From a phage: a stretch of DNA of 40,815 bases. Every line of letters begins with the position of its first letter. The first letter of the stretch is position 1. This document shows positions 1 to 7,636 of this stretch, one piece after another. The DNA is taken from the sequence record NC_104876.1; one strand, given 5' to 3'. A program made the translations under genes and the position numbers. The notes under the pieces were generated by a model. The model was not told the DNA's origin. It ran no database searches and worked only from the letters and a program-made list of their open reading frames with translations.

Positions 1-261
1 ATCGAACCGGTTATGATCGCCAAGTTCCGCAAAGCGTTCGGCGAGAGTGTTTACAGCTACGCCCATATAGGACACCTGCACCACCAAAAGATTGTAGAAA
101 GCCGTAACATGATTGTTGAGCAACACCGCACTCTCGCGGCTAAAGATGCATATGCCTCCCGCGGTGGGTGGATGTCGGGCCGCAGTGCAAATGTAATTAC
201 TTATAGCGCCGAATATGGTGAGGTCGCACGTTTAACTATTTCACCGGAGATGCTTGGATGA
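1..261 (+). CDS. Metallophosphoesterase (calcineurin-like), C-terminal part; in-frame continuation of the CDS that runs off the window at 40815
   Basis: Frame is open from nt 1 (IEPVMIAKF...). GHxH motif HIGHLH at nt 64-81 completes the DxH/GDxxD/GNHDE/GH motif series found at 39946-40815. Stop at 259-261 overlaps next start (ATGA). Confidence 0.55.
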   Translation: MEPVMIAKFRKAFGESVYSYAHIGHLHHQKIVESRNMIVEQHRTLAAKDAYASRGGWMSGRSANVITYSAEYGEVARLTISPEMLG

Positions 262-743
262 AAGATATTGTGATTTTCGATTTAGACGGGACATTGGCAG
301 ATGGTACTCATCGTTTACACCTGCTGCCGAAAGATAACTACGGCGAAACCTGGGCGTGGAAACCATTTAACATGGCGTGCAAAGACGATGCACCCATTAA
401 AGATAACATCGAACTGTGTAACGCCCTTAATCGTCGCTATGCCGTTATTATCTTAACAGGCCGTAGTGATGACGCGGAAAAAGAAACCAGAATGTGGTTG
501 CAGCGCCACCGCGTCGAATTTTATCAGTTAATCATGCGCAGCAAACACGACAACAGAAAAGACATCGTAATTAAAGAAGAGGTGTTGCGTGCTATTGGGC
601 CGGAGAGAATCTTGTGTGCATTCGACGACTCTCCAGCGGTAATAAAGCATTTCCGCGAACTCGGCATAACCACTCACGCAGTTACTGAATACGACTGTAA
701 CGGGAACTCTACACACTTAAAACCACATGGGAGTGATAAATAA
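258..743 (+). CDS. HAD-superfamily phosphatase (small, cap-less; polynucleotide 3'-phosphatase or 5'-nucleotidase type)
   Basis: HAD motifs I FDLDGTL, II IILTGRS, III conserved K, IV FDDSP. GGAG RBS 9 nt upstream. Start and stop both overlap neighbouring genes. Confidence 0.65.
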   Translation: MKDIVIFDLDGTLADGTHRLHLLPKDNYGETWAWKPFNMACKDDAPIKDNIELCNALNRRYAVIILTGRSDDAEKETRMWLQRHRVEFYQLIMRSKHDNRKDIVIKEEVLRAIGPERILCAFDDSPAVIKHFRELGITTHAVTEYDCNGNSTHLKPHGSDK

Positions 744-1297
744 TGGCTAAGGTAATTATTCTTAATGGTCCTGCGGGCTGCGGGAAAGACACACTTGCTA
801 GGGCGCTGGTAGAAATGGGCTTTGCGAAGGGTGTCGCCAGTTTCAAGAATCCGATGTTCAATATTGCTATGGCTGCGTTAGGCCAGGATGCTTACCGCGA
901 GTTTCTCGACGGCTACGACGACCGGGCGCGGAAAGAAAAGCCAGAGGGTTTCCTTAACGGGTTGTCTCGGCGTCAGTTCATGATTGCCATTTCCGAGCAA
1001 TTCATTAAACCGGTATTCGGTGATGATTATTTCGGTAAGTATCTTGCCGGAAACTTGCCCGACGGCGACGAAGTTTTTGTGGTGTCTGATGGCGGGTTCG
1101 CCAGCGAAGTAGCCCCTATCGTTGCCGCGGGGCATGATGTGAGAATCGTCCGCTTGCACAGAGACGGCCATACGTTTGAAGGGGACAGCCGCGGTTACCT
1201 GTACGATATTGATGGTGTAAAAGATTATGACACCTACATCATACCGGGTTACGTTAAATCGAACGCTATAGGCATTGCTTTAAGATTAGGTTTGTAA
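743..1297 (+). CDS. P-loop nucleotide kinase, dNMP-kinase-like (phage T4 gp1-like)
   Basis: Walker A GPAGCGKDT with the GKDT signature recalled for dNMP kinases; about 184 aa; TAATG overlap with upstream HAD gene; followed by hairpin terminator. Confidence 0.6.
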   Translation: MAKVIILNGPAGCGKDTLARALVEMGFAKGVASFKNPMFNIAMAALGQDAYREFLDGYDDRARKEKPEGFLNGLSRRQFMIAISEQFIKPVFGDDYFGKYLAGNLPDGDEVFVVSDGGFASEVAPIVAAGHDVRIVRLHRDGHTFEGDSRGYLYDIDGVKDYDTYIIPGYVKSNAIGIALRLGL

Positions 1298-1302
1298 GAA
1301 AA

Positions 1303-1320
1303 AGGCCCCAAACGGGGCCT
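1303..1320. terminator. Bidirectional intrinsic terminator (AGGCCCC-AAAC-GGGGCCT) between convergent kinase and tail tube genes
   Basis: 7-bp GC stem, 4-nt loop, T-runs on both strands (TAGTTTTATG on plus; TTTTTCTT on minus). Confidence 0.6.
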
Positions 1321-1325
1321 TAGTT

Positions 1326-2498
1326 TTATGCGTATGTGATACGCTGAATAACAATAGACGACTGGTACTGGTTGCCAGTAGCCTGGCCTTCAATAGACTG
1401 AGTGATTGACTCAGGTCCTCCAATCTCAGGTGTAACCGCGGTAAGTTCTGCACGTTTCAAGCTGAAAGACATAGCCCCGTTTACTCCCGCCAGAATAGAG
1501 TTAATCTCCACCTGCTGCTCGTTGATAAACTTCTGAATCATCGCCATGTCGTACAGCTTACCGGAGATGGAGAAGGTGTTAGCTGCTCGGCTACGCTCCA
1601 CAAACGCTACGTTAGTGTTGCCGAGTTCGAACTGTGCGGACGCGCTGTTGTCGTTGGTGATGGTCAGGCTGTCGCAACGCAACGGCGTAGAACCGTCGAA
1701 CACAGAAACATCGACCGAGGAGAATGGCTCGTCACCAAACGTAACAGAGGAGAAATCAGAACCAGACGGCTGCGTGGTGAGAATCTCCTGACTGCGACCG
1801 ATGAACGGGAAGCTGCCAGTTACCATAGCGTTAACAGCCTGTTCGATGGTAAAACCAGAAACTTCCACGCCTTTGGTTAGTGTGTACGCGTCAGTCCCGC
1901 CGCACTGGCCTTTGTACCAGGTGAGAATAGAGAACGTCTTGCACTGGCTTCCCGTTTCCAGTTTATCCCCTGTCTTAGCGGCGGTAGTTACTGTCTCTGT
2001 GGTCAGGGTATGCTGGATACCCGCCCCGGTCACTACCCGCGCCTCTACTGCAGTTACGATAAACGGTTTTGCGTTGTCACCGGTTAAGCCGGTAAACGCA
2101 ATCAGGTCGCCCACTTCAACGCCGTCAGAAATAAAGCTACCTTCGGCACGGGTAAAGGTCTTGCCTGCAGGCGCGACGGTAATTGATAGCCCGGTCAGAG
2201 AACTACCGGATTGCCATGTAGAGCCTAAAGCACCCGCCAGCCAGTCGTCCTGGCTTTTCGAGCTAAGCTCAATAGCGTATTCTCCGCTAACCTGCTTGTT
2301 ACCGGTGCGGATTGACGTAGTTTCACGGCTGCCGTCCAGTTCGTTGGAGGTCAGCGTGTCGCGGGTAATGGCAGGAACGCCACCTGTGTTACGCAATGGC
2401 GACCAGACCGGGTTAGTCGGTGTTACGCCAGGGGTAGTTTCTGCCACATAGAATTGCGCAGTATTCGCGCCCTTAAAAGGAGTTGTAGCCATATTCAC
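1326..2498 (-). CDS. Major tail (tube) protein, gpV-like
   Basis: N-terminus PFKGANTAQFYVAETTPG resembles the lambda gpV start (PVKGAGTTLWVY) as recalled; 390 aa; last gene of the head-neck operon; start overlaps upstream stop. Confidence 0.5.
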   Translation of the reverse strand: MNMATTPFKGANTAQFYVAETTPGVTPTNPVWSPLRNTGGVPAITRDTLTSNELDGSRETTSIRTGNKQVSGEYAIELSSKSQDDWLAGALGSTWQSGSSLTGLSITVAPAGKTFTRAEGSFISDGVEVGDLIAFTGLTGDNAKPFIVTAVEARVVTGAGIQHTLTTETVTTAAKTGDKLETGSQCKTFSILTWYKGQCGGTDAYTLTKGVEVSGFTIEQAVNAMVTGSFPFIGRSQEILTTQPSGSDFSSVTFGDEPFSSVDVSVFDGSTPLRCDSLTITNDNSASAQFELGNTNVAFVERSRAANTFSISGKLYDMAMIQKFINEQQVEINSILAGVNGAMSFSLKRAELTAVTPEIGGPESITQSIEGQATGNQYQSSIVIQRITYA

Positions 2499-2911
2499 AG
2501 CCTCTTGGTGAATGCAATAAAGTTAATTGACAATGGTCGTTTGGCCCATCCGTTTTCTACAATCAGCGGCCCCAGGCTAACCGATTGAACCTCGGCGCAG
2601 ATGTCGTTACGAGAAAATGACTTACCTGCTTTGAATGCCGTGTTAAGTAAGTCTGCCATTTTATTGATTGGCGCGCTACCTTTCACCGATGCGTAGTTAA
2701 TGTCGACCTGATAAACACCCGCGCGTTGTTCCGTGAAGAACAAATCTGCTTGCTCGGTATCCGCCAGTAACATGTAACTTGCCAGATATGGCGTATCGGT
2801 TGACGTCGGCGCGTCGATGTTTTCAAGCGCGACCTTGATGCCGTTGGCGGTTCCGAAGGCTACCAGCGGAACATCGAACGCTTTTGTTAAGTCCTCAAAG
2901 TAGCCCATCAT
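2495..2911 (-). CDS. Neck / tail completion protein (hypothetical)
   Basis: 138-aa ORF translationally coupled (4-nt overlaps) inside the structural operon between capsid and tail tube genes. Confidence 0.4.
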   Translation of the reverse strand: MMGYFEDLTKAFDVPLVAFGTANGIKVALENIDAPTSTDTPYLASYMLLADTEQADLFFTEQRAGVYQVDINYASVKGSAPINKMADLLNTAFKAGKSFSRNDICAEVQSVSLGPLIVENGWAKRPLSINFIAFTKRL

Positions 2912-3303
2912 TTCACCTTGTTGGCTTCTTCGTTAATGAGTTGCTGGAAGCGAGACACATTAGTCCTGACAACCCCGGCTGGCGCCTGTTGCGACCAACC
3001 ATACTCCAGCCGTTGCGCATACGGCAGATTATTTGTCAGCGTGAACTCATGCCAGTCAGCGGCTTTCAGCACGAAACTCGTAGCGTTTCCGGTTGCTGTG
3101 TTTCCTGATTTATCCGTAGCGTCCGTAATCCCGGAAGCAGGAGTACCGCCAGATGCCATCCAGTTCATACGAAAGCGGCCCGTGTCTACCGGACTCGCCT
3201 TTATAATAGCGGAAAACAGCTTGATAGACACCTGACGCATCACCTTCTCAGGGTTCTTCTTCGCCTTTTCCACGAACTTAGAGACATCGAGCGCGAAACT
3301 CAT
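2908..3303 (-). CDS. Head-tail connector protein (hypothetical)
   Basis: 131-aa ORF, overlapping start/stop with neighbours, in structural operon. Confidence 0.4.
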   Translation of the reverse strand: MSFALDVSKFVEKAKKNPEKVMRQVSIKLFSAIIKASPVDTGRFRMNWMASGGTPASGITDATDKSGNTATGNATSFVLKAADWHEFTLTNNLPYAQRLEYGWSQQAPAGVVRTNVSRFQQLINEEANKVK

Positions 3304-3659
3304 TTTCTCACCTGAATAAAGTACGCCACGACGTCATCGTTAACCATCTTCTTCTCAATAGCTACGATGGACCATTGCTCGCAGCCGAATTGCACCTTGT
3401 CTTCCATCTTCGGAACGACGCTGTAATCGGCTTTAACAATCATGTCGCCAGCCTGAATCGTCGTACCGTTTACCAGTCCCGCGTTTACCGGAACCGGAAC
3501 GGCCTTCAACGGCAACACTTCATCCGCAGACCAGACGTACTCACCGAGAACTTCATCCCATACTTTTGAACCAGCGCGAATCAGAGATACCGTGCTACCG
3601 AATTTGGTTAGCAGGCGCGTACCCACGCCTTGCATACGTTTACTGAAATCGGTGCTCAT
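3300..3659 (-). CDS. Hypothetical virion protein
   Basis: Track ORF 3300..3713; start moved to the internal ATG at 3659 (MSTDFSKR...), which abuts the stop of the upstream gene. Confidence 0.4.
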   Translation of the reverse strand: MSTDFSKRMQGVGTRLLTKFGSTVSLIRAGSKVWDEVLGEYVWSADEVLPLKAVPVPVNAGLVNGTTIQAGDMIVKADYSVVPKMEDKVQFGCEQWSIVAIEKKMVNDDVVAYFIQVRK

Positions 3660-3913
3660 TACGCTGCCTCCAGTCTCGAAATAACCAGTAGCGCGGACGG
3701 TGCTGTGCCCCATGCGGTTACGGTAGCGGCTTGTGCTATGGTCGACGCAGCACGGAGAACTTCAACCTCTTTAACACCAGGAGTGGTGTAAATAGGCGAG
3801 TCGGCCATCTGCGTAAGTACGCCACGCAATTTAGCTGGCGTAATTTGCCCGGTCGTGTTGTCAGGTAGCTCGGACCCGATTAGCGTAAATATCTCTGTTT
3901 TAGTCTTCGCCAT
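3659..3913 (-). CDS. Hypothetical head-tail joining protein
   Basis: 84-aa ORF in structural operon. Confidence 0.35.
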   Translation of the reverse strand: MAKTKTEIFTLIGSELPDNTTGQITPAKLRGVLTQMADSPIYTTPGVKEVEVLRAASTIAQAATVTAWGTAPSALLVISRLEAA

Positions 3914-3915
3914 TT

Positions 3916-4428
3916 TTAACCCCGGTACACATTAAATGAGAAGCCATTGTTAAGACCGCCGCACAGTAACGGGCGTAATGCGTCGTCCGCAGCGGTAATA
4001 GCGGTTGTGGCGCCACTGTTGCCGTTGTTGAAGTATGTCACTGTCACAGCACCCTCAACACGCTCAGTCTGCACGGAACGCCCATCTGAGTTAGCCCGAA
4101 CATCAGTACCCGCACCATACGTAACCGCAGCGATTACTTGTGCCCGGATTAACTGCGACGGGATAACATTATCCGCTACGGTGAAGCCGTTTAGTGTTGT
4201 TCCTGTACGTGGGTACGCCAGAGACTGTTCAGCGGATACGCGACGCCCGCACATCTGAGGTTCTGCAAGCCCGACATAAGTAGCCCCGTTGCGCAAGGCC
4301 ACCTCTGCGGCGGTATCGTCCGCGGGCAACTCCAGTCCGTAATTAGCCGCTAACGCGCGGGCGTCGGCCAGACTAACGTAACTGTCGGCATCAGGTACTA
4401 TCGACCCATCTTCCACGATTAGCGGCAT
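3916..4428 (-). CDS. Hypothetical virion protein (possibly head-tail adaptor or decoration)
   Basis: 170-aa ORF directly downstream of the capsid gene region. Confidence 0.4.
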   Translation of the reverse strand: MPLIVEDGSIVPDADSYVSLADARALAANYGLELPADDTAAEVALRNGATYVGLAEPQMCGRRVSAEQSLAYPRTGTTLNGFTVADNVIPSQLIRAQVIAAVTYGAGTDVRANSDGRSVQTERVEGAVTVTYFNNGNSGATTAITAADDALRPLLCGGLNNGFSFNVYRG

Positions 4429-4620
4429 AAATTATTCCTCTGATTTCGCCCGGCGCTGGCGGCGTGGTGTCTCTTCTTTAGCCGATTCTACCACGGTGCC
4501 TTCTGGTGCGAAACGAGCATCTACCACACGGAACCCCTGACGGTTGTACTCCCGCTTCTGTTCTACGGTAATAGGCATAGGTACGTATTTAATTTCCACT
4601 TTAATTTCTCCTAGTAAAAA

Positions 4621-4634
4621 GGGGCCGTAGCCCC
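4621..4634 (-). terminator. Intrinsic terminator after the major capsid gene (GGGGC-CGTA-GCCCC)
   Basis: GC hairpin followed by a T5 run on the minus strand (plus-strand AAAAA at 4616-4620), immediately 3' of the capsid gene. Confidence 0.5.
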
Positions 4635-4656
4635 TTTGTTTTTACCATCAACCGTA

Positions 4657-5625
4657 TTACAGGTCCGCGTCGGCGATTGCCAGAGTACCGAGAGTGTGCT
4701 TGTTCTCGGCAACAGCTTTGTCCCAGTTGGTCGCGGTGAACAGTTCTGCGTCCAGCGGAGATTTACCGCCGTTGGCGACATCCCAGCTATAGCCTTTCAG
4801 TTTCAGGCCGAAGCTGTAATCTGCCTGCCAGGTGGTCTGGATGCGGGTGTTACCGTTTCTGGTATCAATGTTGCTGATAATGTCAGAAGCATTATCAACG
4901 ATGATGCCGTTTGCAACTACGGACAGGACCTTAGTCTTGTTCGGAGTACCGGCCTCGTACAGCGCAGGAATGTCAGAGATTACGTAACGCTTGCCGAGAA
5001 CATCGACAACCATAACGTTACCAGCAACGAACAGCTGGTTTGCGTTAGTCAGCGCTTTATCTACCAGCGTGTGGTAAGCAGCACCGGTCATGATGTCGGT
5101 AATCAGCAGCTGAGACTGGTCGCCGAATTTAGCGTGGCTGTTGTTCAGCACGTTCAGGGACAGACCCACGGTTGCAGATACGTCGTTAACCAGCGCGGCC
5201 TGACCAGATACCGCCGCAACAGCTGCGCCAACAGCGGTGTTGAGCTGGTCTGCTAACAGCGCATCGGAGAAGCCTTCGGAAATAGCACGAATCGCGCTTG
5301 CCGGGTCTTCGTTAAGCCAGGTCATTTGCGCAGGCTCGAACAGTACCGGTCCGAAGCCGCCAGCGACTTTAACGCCTACATGCTCGCCCTGAGTCAGCGC
5401 GGTAGCTGCCTGAGACGCGATATCGGCGTAACGGTCAACGCGGCGTTTAGCGGAGGCAATCTGGTTAAAGAAAGACTCACGGGAGAAGTCACCGCGCCAT
5501 GAAGCGGTAGACAGTACAATTGCGCCACCGGAGGCTGCGTTAAACTGGTCAGTTTTCTGGCCAAGCAGTTCGATAGTGGTACCGACGATATCGTCGTTAT
5601 AAACCTTCATATCTGACAGAGACAT
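4657..5625 (-). CDS. Major capsid protein
   Basis: 322-aa ORF following the scaffold gene, with its own downstream terminator; position and size typical of a major capsid gene. No family-level motif verified. Confidence 0.55.
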   Translation of the reverse strand: MSLSDMKVYNDDIVGTTIELLGQKTDQFNAASGGAIVLSTASWRGDFSRESFFNQIASAKRRVDRYADIASQAATALTQGEHVGVKVAGGFGPVLFEPAQMTWLNEDPASAIRAISEGFSDALLADQLNTAVGAAVAAVSGQAALVNDVSATVGLSLNVLNNSHAKFGDQSQLLITDIMTGAAYHTLVDKALTNANQLFVAGNVMVVDVLGKRYVISDIPALYEAGTPNKTKVLSVVANGIIVDNASDIISNIDTRNGNTRIQTTWQADYSFGLKLKGYSWDVANGGKSPLDAELFTATNWDKAVAENKHTLGTLAIADADL

Positions 5626-5631
5626 ATTCTG

Positions 5632-6258
5632 TTATCCTCGTTTGCCGTATTTGGCGTTAAGTTTTTGCTGGATTACGTCCGCACCACCGGCCCCGCCAGT
5701 AGAATTTTTGTTACCGGAAGCCCCGCCGCCGGTTGCTGCATCTGCTTTAATCAGATGCGAAAATGCTTTGTGCTCACGCAGATACTTTTTAAATTGCTCT
5801 GCGTCGGTGGTGATGACATTACCGTCTGCACCAGTGAACTTGGTAACAACGTCATCGCCGTCGAACTCGGCCTTGACCATCATAGCGATGATATCCGCTG
5901 CGCTCTCATCAATCAACATGCCAGACAACTGGCTGATAACTGATTTACGTTCTGCGCCGAGGATACGCTCCGCCATTTTGCTAATCTTACCGTCTTTCTC
6001 GGCGAGTACTGGCTCATACTGACTGCGCAACGTTTTCTCGAATGCCTCAAGTTCGCCGTTCTGTTTTGCGCGTTCCTGTTCGGCTTTCAGCTTCGCATCT
6101 GCGGCTTCTTTAGCGGCAGCGGCAGCAGCTTTCTTTTCAGACAAGAGTTTCTCGTTGTTAGCTTTAAGACCTGATACCAGCGCGTCAACTTCTTCTTTGG
6201 TAAACGTGGTCTTAGTCTCTTGTTGTTCGATAGTTTCGTCTTTCACTTCTTCGCTCAT
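5632..6258 (-). CDS. Scaffolding protein
   Basis: Ala/Lys/Glu-rich helical protein (KAAAAAAKEAADAKLKAEQERAK) immediately upstream of the capsid gene. Start set to ATG at 6258 (MSEEVKDE) with a GGGGG RBS; track start 6309 has no RBS. Confidence 0.5.
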   Translation of the reverse strand: MSEEVKDETIEQQETKTTFTKEEVDALVSGLKANNEKLLSEKKAAAAAAKEAADAKLKAEQERAKQNGELEAFEKTLRSQYEPVLAEKDGKISKMAERILGAERKSVISQLSGMLIDESAADIIAMMVKAEFDGDDVVTKFTGADGNVITTDAEQFKKYLREHKAFSHLIKADAATGGGASGNKNSTGGAGGADVIQQKLNAKYGKRG

Positions 6259-6337
6259 CAGTATGCCCCCTGGACGTTGGAATCCGGGCCACCCGGATTT
6301 ACATGTCAAGAATAAATTATTCCAACATACAAGGCAA

Positions 6338-6601
6338 CTATTCCAGAATATTCCTCACGTAATCCTGCAACATGAACACTTTCAGACGCAGTTGCCGCAC
6401 ACATTCGGCGTTCTGAACGTCGATAGCTAAATCCTCGTCAGCGTCGCTACTTGGCAGTGCCAGTTTGCACGGCGGCTGCATCATCGTCGTATCCGGGGAT
6501 GGAATTGGCGTTTGCGACGGCGCGGGACTTGAGCTGCACGCGCTCAGGGTCAAAAGTGCACACGCTGCGGCCAGGCGTTTTAATGTACTTAACGACTTCA
6601 C
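6338..6601 (-). CDS. Outer-membrane spanin (Rz1-like lipoprotein)
   Basis: Signal peptide with lipobox LTLSAC followed by a Pro-rich segment. Starts inside the Rz-like gene in another frame and extends beyond it. Confidence 0.5.
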   Translation of the reverse strand: MKSLSTLKRLAAACALLTLSACSSSPAPSQTPIPSPDTTMMQPPCKLALPSSDADEDLAIDVQNAECVRQLRLKVFMLQDYVRNILE

Positions 6602-6833
6602 GGGTGATTACCTCTGATTTCGTCTTGCCTTCGTTATCAGCGGCTGCGGCCTTCGATTCATCCTGCTGCTGCCGTTGTGTTTTCTTAGCTAACTCAGCCT
6701 GTGCTTTCTGCTGTTGTTGCGAAACGAGATTCGCCCGGCCTCCGTTCCAGCCGCTGCGATACTGGTAGATGCCGTGTGCGTAAGCCAGGATGATGAAACA
6801 TGCTCCCGCTACGACAGTTGCTTTAAGATTCAT
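6447..6833 (-). CDS. Inner-membrane spanin (Rz-like)
   Basis: N-terminal TM helix (VVAGACFIILAYAHGIY), Gln/Lys-rich coiled-coil region, overlapping lipoprotein ORF embedded in alternate frame. Confidence 0.5.
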   Translation of the reverse strand: MNLKATVVAGACFIILAYAHGIYQYRSGWNGGRANLVSQQQQKAQAELAKKTQRQQQDESKAAAADNEGKTKSEVITREVVKYIKTPGRSVCTFDPERVQLKSRAVANANSIPGYDDDAAAVQTGTAK

Positions 6834-7152
6834 GTTTCCCCTTTCTCGATAAGTAAAGCCCCGCCTTAAAGCGGGGCGCTAGTCCTTATCATTTAAACAT
6901 AGAAACGGCGTAATCTCAGTAAACCAGTTACTTTTTACACAAGCAATAGAGTATGGCCCTTCCGAACGCGTCAGCGCAACTACACTCGGACTTAACGTCC
7001 GACTCCGTTACCTGCCGCGCCGCGGTCGCTTGTTCATACTTCACAAGCTCAGGTGGAGCTTAGCACATTTTTGGTGAAAAGTCAACTATTCGAATAGTTT
7101 ATTCCAACATTTACAATTGAGTGGAATAACTGGAATAATCACAGGCACTAAA

Positions 7153-7170
7153 AAGCCCCTTTCGGGGCTT
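7153..7170 (-). terminator. Intrinsic terminator (AGCCCC-TTTC-GGGGCT) after the Ig-like protein gene
   Basis: GC hairpin followed by TTTTT on the minus strand. The same 18-nt hairpin recurs at 8722-8739. Confidence 0.55.
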
Positions 7171-7174
7171 CAGT

Positions 7175-7636
7175 TTATTCTGGCTTAGTAACCTTCGCCG
7201 CTTTACTGACGGCCTCTACCCCATCGGCATCGGTGACTTTAACGAAGTATTCACCGACTGCATTAACCGTCAGAGACAAAGCCTCTTCGGGTGCGTTTAC
7301 CACTTCCTTACCGTCTTTGTACCAGGTCAGAGTATACGGTGCTTTGCCTGCCTTAACTCCGACAGTGATAGTTGCGCTGCCGTCCGCCAGTTCAGTGTCT
7401 TTCGGTTGCACAGAGAAATACACGTCACCGGCGTCCGCCAGATACGGAATCTCATAAAGCATGCCCGCCGCGGGTAGGGAAATACCGGTTTTATCTGCAA
7501 ACGGCATATCGTCTACAGGTGTACCTAGTACACTTTCGTCCCCAATAGACACCACGTTCTCGCCGGAGCCGGACACGCGAGCAAACTGGACAACGCGACG
7601 CGAAGGTACGTCAGTTACTTTGAAAAAGCCCATCAT
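7175..7636 (-). CDS. Ig-like domain virion protein (possible decoration protein)
   Basis: C-terminal Ig-like signature (ATITVGVKAGKAPYTLTWYKDGKEV...GEYFVKVTDADG); 153 aa. Confidence 0.45.
   Translation of the reverse strand: MMGFFKVTDVPSRRVVQFARVSGSGENVVSIGDESVLGTPVDDMPFADKTGISLPAAGMLYEIPYLADAGDVYFSVQPKDTELADGSATITVGVKAGKAPYTLTWYKDGKEVVNAPEEALSLTVNAVGEYFVKVTDADGVEAVSKAAKVTKPE

Noticed and set aside
528-716. 62-aa minus-strand ORF inside the HAD phosphatase gene
   Set aside because: Embedded antisense in a gene with complete HAD motifs; no RBS.
1801-2451. Plus-strand ORF (216 aa) antisense to the tail tube gene; similar antisense ORFs at 4636..5256, 5642..6022, 10616..11494, 33718..34149, 36655..37122 and 37861..38166
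   Set aside because: They lie entirely inside longer, motif-supported genes on the other strand, have low-complexity Ser/Pro/Arg/Ala-rich translations and no RBS. They are typical shadow ORFs of GC-rich coding sequence.
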